DNA from: Balanoglossus misakiensis
Taxonomy: Eukaryota > Animalia > Hemichordata
Reading direction: 5' to 3'
Assembly (NCBI GenBank): GCA_040954595.2
Contig: CM082589.2
Coordinates: 6,817,186-6,881,185 of the forward strand
DNA: 64,000 nucleotides
In this document: positions 51,501 to 60,980 of the stretch, one piece after another
Layout: each line of letters starts with the position of its first letter
Position numbering within the stretch: the first letter of the stretch is position 1
Made by a program: the position numbers and the translations under genes
The notes under the pieces: generated by a model
Seen by the model: only the letters and a program-made list of their open reading frames with translations
Databases searched by the model: none
Told to the model about the DNA's origin: nothing

Positions 51501-54108
51501 AAACAGTCCTATCCATAATCATCATGAATATTGTAGATGAAGCCTACAGGTTAAACATTTGAACTCTGAACCTTGACCTTTGTACTTTGTTACCTGCAGG
51601 CACAGCCGAAAATCATTGAAGGTTCTGGGCACAGTCGGTGAGCCCATCAACCCTGAAGCCTGGGTGTGGTATCACAGTGTGGTTGGAGATAGCAGATGCC
51701 CAGTTGTTGACACCTTCTGGCAAACAGAAACTGTACGTATATTGATGTCCTATTTTCTTGACTTCTAAGCAATGAGGATAATCCCAGTGTGTTTTTATAA
51801 AATATCTCAGATGTGTGCAGAATTTTATGTTAAAGAAAAGGCACAGCCTGACAATTTTCTGGGATTTTAGATGAACGTGTCCTGTTAGTAACTGGTAACA
51901 AAACAAACTTTTTTTAAAAACTGAATATGTAACTGACTTGTTCATGTTGTTTTGTGTTTGTTTGTTTGTTTGTTTATGTTTGTTTGTTTGTTTGTTTGTT
52001 TGTTGCAGGGTGGACATGTAGTGACTCCGTTACCAGGATGCACTCCAGCCAAACCAGGAGCTGCAGTAAGTTTGTCATTATTTCCGTTGATCATCTTTGC
52101 AATCAGTGGTTCAACTTTGTGGGAAAAGTAGTAGTAGTAATCAAAATAAAAGGTATACAGTCACCTCTAATTTACATATGCCCATATATGACTGAAATGG
52201 CGTATTTGAGCGTTGTGAAAACATATGGTGGCGCTCTTTTTTTCGCGTGTGCCACCCACTGAAAATCTGTGATTGGCTGGATCTCAGTTTGCCAGGGTAA
52301 CTATAGCTAATTTTCGATAGGTGACCGTATACCTTTAACCTTCTTGAATAGATGATTACTGTTGTTTACAATTTAGCATTCTATTTTAGAAACCAAGGTG
52401 TAATATTTCGCTTTGTCTTTTGCAGTGTTTCCCATTCTTTGGAGTGGTACCGGCTATAATATGTGAAAATACTGGCAAAGAAATTGAAGGACCTGGTGAG
52501 GGGTACCTGGTAAGGGATTGTGTCATTCTCACCCCTATGCTCCACTGTTTTTGGTTTAGCCCGTGCTGTTGTCTACGGGAAAGGCTGGGTCCAAGATAGA
52601 GTAAAAGGGGTGACATAGTTGTAAATATGAATGATGTAAAAAATGTTACCTAACTTTTTATGGTATTTATTTGATTTTTGTGTCTACATATTCAATAATT
52701 GTTGATGTTTCTTGGTTCTTGTTTTTTGTAGGTATTCAAGCAACCCTGGCCGGGCATAATGCGTACAGTGTACGGCGATCATGAACGTTATGAAAGAATC
52801 TACTTCAGCAAATTCCCTGGATACTACGTCACTGGAGATGGTATGCTATCTTTTTCAACTATTCTCTCTTTCTGTAAGGAAACCAATATGATGCAAGACT
52901 ACAGGGGTTACTATGAATTTGCAACCCTAACCCTAACCCCAAAAACAAGCATATATGGTTTCATATTTTTGTGAAGTACACTGCCCTACATTTTCTTGTT
53001 TTCTTTGTTAATTTTCTTGTTCTTGATTTTGTTTTTGTTCAGGTTGTAGACGAGACGCTGACGGTTACTACTGGATTACTGGGCGTATCGACGACATGTT
53101 GAATGTGTCCGGACATCTGCTGAGCACGGCGGAGATTGAAAGCTGTCTTGTCGAACATCACAGTGTAGCCGAGGCAGCCGTAGTGGCACATCCACACAAA
53201 GTGAAAGGAGAATGCACCTACTGTTTTGTCTCCCTGGTTGATGTAAGTCAATGTTAACCCTTTCACTCCCAGTTCCCGCTATAGAGAGGTCCAGCTTTAC
53301 TATAGAAAACAATGGATTTGGACCAAACCATGGTGGTGAAAAAGGTTAAGGTAGAACGCCACTCAGGGACAGATTTTCAGGAAGGGGATAAAATGTAAAC
53401 ATTGTCTATACCCCATTTAACATTACTTTATCCATTTTTGTACAGGGGATCGAATTTACAGATACATTGATGAAAGAATTGAAGACACAAGGTAAGACGG
53501 AAAACTTTTTGACAAAATGCAGCATTCCCCACTTCATCATTATCATCTCACTGTACTTTTAATCTCAGGGTGATCTAAAGATTTCTGTTTTTTTCAACAG
53601 TATTCAAGATAAATCAAATGACCATGCAATTTTTCTTAGCAAAATAAAAAAACTGAAATTGTGGTTTTCTTGGTACAGTACTAGTATGTGATGTAAAACA
53701 GTGAGTGGAAGAAAAAAACCTTCGATTTTTGTGAAAAATAATATATTTTTTCGGTTTTTCTATATATTCCTGCAAATTAAGTCTAGTCTGGTTGAATTTG
53801 ACTTGAAGAATAATGGAGATTTATAACCAAACTTCTGAATTCAGACAACCATTCAGAACGTTCTCAGTCTAATCCAATTTCCCTCCGTTCAACCTTTCCC
53901 AGTGAGGAACACCATCGGAGCATTTGCTCAGCCGGATTACATCCAGAACGCCCCGTCCCTTCCCAAGACGCGGTCTGGCAAGATCATGAGACGGGTGCTG
54001 CGGAAGATCGCCAGCGGTGACAAGGAGTTTGGTGACGTCTCTACTCTGGCTGACCCCAGCGTGGTTGATCTGCTGTTCGACCACCGACCCGATATTGGAC
54101 AAGTGTGA
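42531..54108 (+). CDS. ACSS2: Acetyl-CoA synthetase, cytoplasmic/nuclear type, about 684 aa, 16 exons
   Basis: Exons 42531-42853, 46851-46942, 47416-47519, 48359-48431, 48785-48860, 48991-49099, 49740-49855, 50181-50373, 50826-50959, 51600-51732, 52009-52065, 52426-52509, 52732-52840, 53043-53242, 53446-53491, 53903-54108, all GT-AG and phase-consistent. Motifs: [54 protein letters not shown] and [12 protein letters not shown] (acetylatable Lys). There is no mitochondrial presequence, and the SPAPKRPC insert resembles ACSS2 SPPIKRSC. Confidence 0.96.
43884..43967. mobile_element. MITE family D copy
   Basis: TTAA-CCCTTTCACTCCCAGTTCCC...AAACCATGGTGAAAGGG-TTAG. Confidence 0.8.
44965..45161. mobile_element. 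MITE family B, copy 2
   Basis: TTAA-flanked with the same interior (ATATGGTGGCGCTCTTTTTTTCGC..GTGCCACCCACTGAAAATC.GTGATTGGC). The left TIR carries small insertions. Confidence 0.85.
46964..47267. mobile_element. Putative piggyBac-like non-autonomous element (family E), single copy here
   Basis: TTAA-CCCTAATGCT ... AGCGTTAGGG-TTAA: TTAA duplication with 10-bp terminal inverted repeats (one mismatch). Confidence 0.6.
48484..48568. mobile_element. MITE family D copy (inverted)
   Basis: TTAA-CCCTTTCACCACCATGG...AACTGGGGGTGAAACGG-TTAA. Confidence 0.8.
49898..50104. mobile_element. MITE family A, copy 2 (inverted relative to copy 1)
   Basis: CTGTAAAACACTTTATTTTCGC ... GCAAGTGTTTTACAG-TA. The interior is the reverse complement of 9520-9726 (e.g. 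CAGTGGCCTCTCTCGATATC). Confidence 0.85.
50401..50561. repeat. Tandem duplication, 80-bp period, 2 copies
   Basis: ATTG.TGGAATGGGTGACATGTGACATTGTCCTT.TGGGTGATTGGATGAGGCCTGATCACATGTTTGAAATTTGCATAT at 50401 and 50481. Confidence 0.92.
51061..51395. mobile_element. MITE family C (long foldback arms, TTAA site), near-complete copy
   Basis: TTAA-AGGGACAAAGTCTCTCTCTCGCTGCCC ... GGGCAGCGAGAGAGAGACTTTGTCCCT. Imperfect inverted arms extend about 120 bp. Confidence 0.85.
51950..52003. repeat. (GTTT)n microsatellite forming the acceptor tract of ACSS2 exon 11
   Basis: The repeat runs directly into tgcag|GGT at 52009. Confidence 0.92.
52151..52334. mobile_element. MITE family B, copy 3
   Basis: AGGTATACAGTCACC ... 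GGTGACCGTATACCT-TTAA, with the same interior as 14595-14778. Confidence 0.85.
53258..53345. mobile_element. MITE family D copy
   Basis: TTAA-CCCTTTCACTCCCAGTTCCC...AAACCATGGTGGTGAAAAAGG-TTAA, starting about 15 nt downstream of an ACSS2 exon end. Confidence 0.8.
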
Positions 54109-57100
54109 ACGAGAAAATGAAGACAAACAGAAAAAAAAAATGCAATTTTGGATATCTTTTTTTGTTGTCAAACATGTTTTGTTTTAACCAGAATATGAAG
54201 TCAGAATATGTTATAAATCTGTTCAGTGGGTCACACAAGGTAGGAGATTTGGTTAGCCCTGTTGCAATGGCTCTTGTAATGTTTCGAACGTTGTCTGGAG
54301 CAAAAATCGGGCGTTAAAAATGGCTAATATTTTTCAAGTTACATATTTGGATTCCCTGGTCAAAAGGTTTCTAGGACAGTTCCCCCCTGGGCACTTACTG
54401 AACCCTCACCATTACTGGTGGGTGGGAAATGCCAGGGGTAACTGTCCTGTCGATCTAGATTAAACATTTTATAATGCCATATGATGGATATATTTGATAA
54501 GATGTTCTCGATCCTGTGAAGGTTGCTAGGCAATGGAAAGAGAAGTTTGAACAGCGCACAAAATACTAGAAATCACAAATTTTAAATCGGCGCACAGTGA
54601 CAATCTATTCGGAGCAGGATCTTAAATGCCAGTGATTCTGTTAATGAAACAGGTTTAATGTTGATTTATATATACAGTCATTGTATTTTATCTTTTTTCC
54701 ATAAATCTGTCATATTTTCTTTTTGGAACAGGGTTGTTATAGGTGATTATTTGTAAGATGATGCGTACGGTACTTTGTAAATTTTAAAGAGAAGGAAGAT
54801 TTCATTGAAAAGGGTATGGTGATTAAATTGTTCCTTTTATTTTTATTTTGTCATAATTATGTTATGACTGAGCTTATGTATCCATGGTAATGTTGATTTC
54901 TTGATTTTGTTTTATCAAATTCAAACTGATTGATACGGGGGCAACAACAGATTGTAGTATGTTTGGCACTAGGGGGCGCTGTAGTTGAGATATTCTGGTA
55001 GTCTGCAAGTGGAACAGACTAGTCTGCAAGTCCAAGAGTAAAAAAGACAGAAATGAGCAGTAATTTTTGAGCAGGATTCAGTGAATTTTCTCAAAGAGAT
55101 GCTGAATATTCAAGAAATTCCGTGAAAAATGAACAATCTTTTTCTTGATCTCTTTAAAAAAAGTTTTTTTATTCTCCTATAATCAAGAAATGATTTATTG
55201 TCATTATAGGGAAAATGGTCGCTGCTTTGAATTTGCATAATGAGCAGTGATCATGTGATTTCCCACCTTATCAGACCATAGGGCAGTATTTTGGTTAATA
55301 TAACTTTAATGTGTCAATGACAGAAGACACTTTCATGCAGTATTTAGTGGCTCTAGATAACAGCGAAAAAAATTAGAAGAAATTTTGCCCTTTACAAAGT
55401 TTATTAATATATCATGTCTGATTATGCTGCAATGTTATAAGACTAATCCAATGCATAGTAGTATGTAGGACAATAAAATTTTAACATCAAAATGCAGGTC
55501 TTGTAAAGCATTCGTATCACAAAATTGTCAATTTTGTAGAAAAAAGTTTGAGAAAATAGTACATAATTTTGATTCATTTTAGAGACAATTTTGGCAATTC
55601 ATATTTAAATTGTCTTCTCATACTTTAGTTCAAAGCAAAAGAACATTCCAAAGTTTAAAAAAGGCAATAAAAAATGGGAGATTTGAGGTTAAAGGTTGTG
55701 AATACATGTATTACAAGTGTAAGACCTCTTGTTGGAATAGTTACTTGCAACCATCCAATACTGTGTTTTGTATCTTACTGGAAGTTTTGTCATGTAAAAG
55801 TTTTGACAGATCGGTGACAATCAGTGTTGTGGTATATATTTGTAATGACACAAACGGAAAATATTCAGATTAATTCTTATCAAATGAAGTAGACAGTTGT
55901 ATTTTAGAGTTGTGAAGGACATACAAATGAAAGCTGTTACTTTTGATAACTTTAATTTTTCTGTAAAGAACAGGAAGGAAGCTGAAGGTTTTTTGAGATG
56001 ACCACTGCATCATAGTACACACAGGCATCACTGGATCTGTCCCCCCCCCCCAGATATTCATATGCAAATCAGGATGGTTTTGTTGTCATGGATACAGAGA
56101 CAACTCACGACAACTCACCCATCTTGATAATTCTGACAAAACTTCTGGCATCAGTGTACAAAAAACGTGAAAACAAAATTCAGTATGAAATAACTTCAGT
56201 ATGGTGTAGCCGAAATCTTTCTCATCAATTGAGGATATTTGTATGAGCTTCAGTAATTGAGCAGTTTTGTTATGCCATAAATGATAAACTTTAGAACAAG
56301 ATTGTCTATATCATTATCCTAACAATTTTTCATTCCAATAATTTGAATATGAATAATCAAGACAAAAATAATCAGGCGGCAAGACAATCTTTATTTCCAT
56401 GTATCAAAAAACATCAACTTCATTTTGGTTTACTTTATTTTATCTGATGTAGACTTCAAGTAAATTGCTGAATTGCTTTTTTTCTCATTCTCAGGGGTTC
56501 CTCGTTTTTGCTTATGTTGGTATTTATCCAAATCTGCATAAAAAATTAACTATTCAGCACAAAAATGCTATGCATGTTTTTCAAGTCTTGTCTATTAAGA
56601 CAAAGTGTAATTCTGTTTGCCTGGGTCAGTCAGTAACATTGTTGTGATTGGTCGATGCTGCATGTTGTCAGTGATATAGGGAAGTATCTTATGATTTGTG
56701 CTAAAAACATGGAAGGTGTCATAGAATAGGAATTGTACGCATGTTTATTGCAGTCAAACTTGTCAAACTGTCGATGATTTTTTTAAACTAAAGATGATTC
56801 CATGAGTTGCCTGGCAACAGCCAATGTGATTCGAGTTTACTAACAAATCGGTACCTAGCAGCTGCAGAACACAATTGTGTTGAACAACCAGCTTTAATAT
56901 ACAATCATGCTGCAGTGGCTTTTCTGAAATTTATGTATTCGTATTGATGATGAAAAAGAATCTTTCATTTGGGTTAATGTCTACTTGCTGTAAGGTCAAA
57001 TTTTCTTGTTCCCTTCCTACTTCTGTGACGCTGTATTGGGAAATAAATGTTATGAAATGTTTGTGCGTGTTGTCTGTTGCAAGTCACTGTGTGTATATGT

Positions 57101-57389
57101 GTAAGCAATCTCATATTCTTGCAAGAAAATGATAAAGTGATCAAGAATGAGTGAGTGTGATATTATGAGACCTTGATAATAACTGTACCATGTAATGAAG
57201 AAAGGTTTTACCTGTATGCTACAATAAAAAAACTACCAGGTAATAAAAAGAGTAGATATTTTTGACATTGCAAGGTAGCAAAATGTAGCGTATTACGCTA
57301 TCATCTTTTCCTCGATTGAAAATATCCAGTTTCGAAGTTGCCGGGGAGTTGGTTTCGCGGGGAAAAAACATTCACGTCTTGTGCAAACG

Positions 57390-57620
57390 ACATCCAATCA
57401 CGTTAGGTCAAACTTCGTCCTGACCAAAACATTCCACCAATCAGGTGCTCAGAATCAGAACAAAAAGCCAAAGGTCAATGACGGCGCCCTCTGGAGAGGC
57501 AAGGTAGTGAATATATGCCAATGAGGTCCAAATCTGAATCCGTTGCTAACTTGACCTCATTTGACCTCGTACGTCACAAGGTACCTGGATCTGGGTGTTT
57601 GTAAACAAGGTCAAAGACGG
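57390..57620 (+). promoter_or_regulatory. Putative KLHL7 promoter with CCAAT boxes and nuclear-receptor elements
   Basis: CCAAT at about 57394, 57437 and 57518. Perfect AGGTCA half-sites at 57405, 57472, 57552(-), 57562(-) and 57608, with a DR4 at 57552-57567. The sequence is CpG-rich and lies 200-430 bp upstream of the ATG. Confidence 0.6.
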
Positions 57621-57825
57621 ACAGCGGAGCGGACTTGACGGAGAAAGAGATAACTGGCCGGATGTCGTGATCAACGATGCGCCGTCACTCGTTGTGATAT
57701 CGTACGAAAAGTGGGGATCCGCTAGAGGTTATGTAGACTTTACTCTTTTCCTTATAATGTCAGTGTAGCACCGCGTAGCACATAGGAATTTCACTGACAC
57801 TGTACTGGCTACTGCCGCTCAAATT

Positions 57826-60218
57826 ATGAATTTTGGTGCGCGATCTCCCCTTCAGTTTGGGCGTGACGGCGAAGGCAGCTCACTTTTGTCGCCCGGTTCG
57901 ACTTCCCCGGTGAAGAATGACAGCTCGCCGGCGCCCACGGCGCGAAATCCCACCGCCGCCATGAGATGCCAGTCGCGATCCATGAATGCAATGAACACAA
58001 TGCGAAACCGACGCGAACTGTGTGACGTGGAACTTATGGTGGAGGGGAAGGCCATCCCAACGCACAGGATAGTGCTGTCTGCCTGTAGCACATTCTTCCA
58101 CGCGATGTTCACGTCGAAATACACAGAAGCGGAGAACGACACAGTCGAACTGAAAGAAGTGGACTCGAGTACCATGGAGACGCTTGTCAACTTTGCATAC
58201 ACAGGTGACATCAGTTTAACTTCTGACAACGTTCAAAGTATCATGTCTGCGGCCAATCGCTACCAAATCAATGAAGTTATAGACCACTGTGCTGAATTCC
58301 TGAAAAAGGAACTCAGCCCAGAAAACTGCCTCGGTATTCGAGAATTTGCGAACTTCTTAAACTCAACAGATCTGTACGCTCAGGCGACTGACTACGCTTA
58401 CGAAAGTTTCACAGACATATGCAAATGTGAGGAGTTCTTGGAAATGGACATTGGTCCCGTGACTGATTACCTGTCCAAGGATGAGCTGGTCGTCAGGTGT
58501 GAGGATGAGGTGTTCGACGCGGCGGTGCGCTGGATCAAGCACAAGAAAGAGGAGCGCATGCCCCACAGGACGCAGATATTCCAGAAGATCCGATTCCCGC
58601 TGATCACGAAGGCCTACCTCAGCACCGTGGTGGAGGAGGACGAGACGATGCAGGACGACTCCCGGTGCCTGAAGATGCTGGTGGGCGGAATGAAACACCA
58701 TCTCCTGGACAAGGAGAGGCGCGAGGACATCGGCATCCCGGACGTCAAGCCGCGCGCCAAGAAGCACGACTGGAAGATCGCCATGTTCGGCGGATCCGAA
58801 CCCGACGCGTGTCAGTTGTTCAGCGTGCAGGGCACCCAGGGGGTTTACTCAGGAAAGAACAAGCTCAGATGTGTCTGGCAGCAGATTCCCGCCATGGCCG
58901 AGAAACGGAGAGACCACGCAGTGGCGTGCGTCGACAACATCGTCTACATCGTTGGCGGGTCGTACCTGTTCAGCCTGACCCGGGTGGACTGTTACAACGT
59001 CACTACCAAGAAGTATTCCTCCTTGACGCAACAGATGGAGTATGGCAGGGATTACCTGGCTGCTTGTGGTTGCAAAGGGATGCTGTATATTACTGGTGGA
59101 ACAACCAATCATGGTATGTGCAACATGCCATCTCAACAATCTATACTAGCTCTGGAGAATTTGTAATTACCTTTCCATAGACTCTACAGCATGTACTGGT
59201 AGTTACCCCCTTCATATACAGAATAAGTCTAACGTATTTCAAAATTCTTACCTATAACCAGTCACTGGCTTCACAATACACTGAATGTATTGTTGAGCCA
59301 AATTATCCATCATATAAAATAATTGAAAATGCAGAATTGTCAATGTTTTCACTATTAATAATATTCCTTATTGCCTGATCCAAGACTTTTAATTTACTTA
59401 GGATTGTTTATACAACAAGCAATATCCCGTTTATGTGTCTCTTGAGTCCACACAGATTCATGGGAGATCCAAAATCAGAAGTGAAGTAAACAATTGGACA
59501 ATGCTGATAACCAAAGAACTGTTTTGGTTTTACAATTGTATATGTGGATAACAGTATTTTACAATGACTTCCTTGATTAATGTTTTTTAATGTTGAAGAA
59601 GTAGTAACTAGTTGTAAATAATCTTCATTTGTTGGATCATGTTTTACAGGTTCGACAGCCATGAAAAATACGGAGTGTTACAATCCGGGGAAACAAATTT
59701 GGTCCAGCAAGCAGCCCATGTTCCACGCCAGGTACGACCACGGCATGGTGGAGTACAACGGTTGGCTGTATGTGTGCGGGGGTGGCAGCAACAGGAGACC
59801 GCTGAAAAGCTGCGAGAAGTTCTACAGCGGGCCCAACATCCTCATGAACAACCGGTGGGCGGAGATCGCGCCCATGAACGTGGCCCGCAAGGGGCTGGGC
59901 CTCGCCGTGGCCCAGGGGCTGATCTACGCCATCGGGGGCTCGGACGAGCAGGGGATCCTGGACAGCGTGGAGTGCTACGACCCGAAGCAGAACCGGTGGA
60001 GGATGGTGGCGCGGCTGCCGTCCCGACTGACGCGGGTCATGTGCGGCGTTCTCAACGGGTCCGTCTACATCGTCGCGGCCCAACGCGACGTGGGCAGACT
60101 CAGTCAGGTGCTGGAGTACAAACCGACGGAAGACCGCTGGGTTTTCCACTACAACACACACGCATTCAACAGTTGCAATGTTGGTGTAACTGTTGTTGAT
60201 GTCTGCGCAGTAGAATAA
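57826..60218 (+). CDS. KLHL7: Kelch-like protein 7 homolog (BTB-BACK-6xKelch, CUL3 adaptor), about 618 aa, 2 exons
   Basis: Exons 57826-59113 (CAT G|gtatgt) and 59650-60218 (cag|GT TCG), phase 1. BTB (LCDVELMVEGKAIPTHRIVLSACSTFFHAMF), BACK and Kelch repeats are present. PRAKKHDWKIAMFGGSEP, EKRRD, YIVGGSYLF, HGMVEYNG, VGRLSQVLEY and VVDVC match my recollection of human KLHL7 (PRRKKHDYRIALFGGSQP, EKRRD, GGSQLF, VGRLGHILEY, VVDTC). The start could be the downstream Met at 57961. Confidence 0.9.
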
Positions 60219-60980
60219 TGCAACACAAGGGCCTTTATCAGACTACACCTCGATCTACTAGAACTGTTTGTTACTGATTACACAACTGATAATATTCATA
60301 ATTAAAATATAAAAAAAAACTTTCACTAAAGGAGATAGTGAACTGAAAGGTCTTTCTAAGATATTTTTTTCTGTTATGTTATCTGGAGAGTGAGGTATTC
60401 TAACTGACAGTGTCTGGATCTATTTCTATTCATTTAAACTATGAGAATAACTATTTATCCATTTGTTGAAAATGCATTTGAGACTCTGTTTTACTTTGTG
60501 CAACAAATAGTACATTATCATGAGTTTGATTTCTGTAGTTTACTAGTATTGAATAAGATTCCCCAAAGACTTTGGGTCTAGTTTTGCCTGATGATCAACT
60601 TGGTTAGTGCATGTGTAATACTGTGTATTGTTGTTTTCTGTATATGTATACAGTGGGGAGTATTTTGTTGAATACATACATCAATAAAGACAGACAGACA
60701 TACAAAGAGTCATCATCAAAGGGGGACAAATCACCACTAAGATTTTGTGCAAAACAAATACATTAAATTGAACTTGGCCTAATTGAAAATTTACAGAGAA
60801 AAATCTCACACTTAATTAATTAAAGAAGTACCCAAATCTGTGACTTTCTCTGGTTTTCCTGAATAAATACTTATGAACATAAAGTCCAGCGGTATTTTAT
60901 TGAAAAGTAGGTAAGATTATGAGAAAAACTGACAAAATGTATTTTAAAAATGGTCGTTGAGGGCGCTTTACAATTGTACA

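Noticed and set aside
52923-52940. Telomere-like (CCCTAA) repeats
   Set aside because: Under three units inside an intron, compatible with chance.
57852-60199. Long antisense and alternate-frame ORFs over KLHL7
   Set aside because: They are shadows of GC3-rich codon usage with no recognisable domains.
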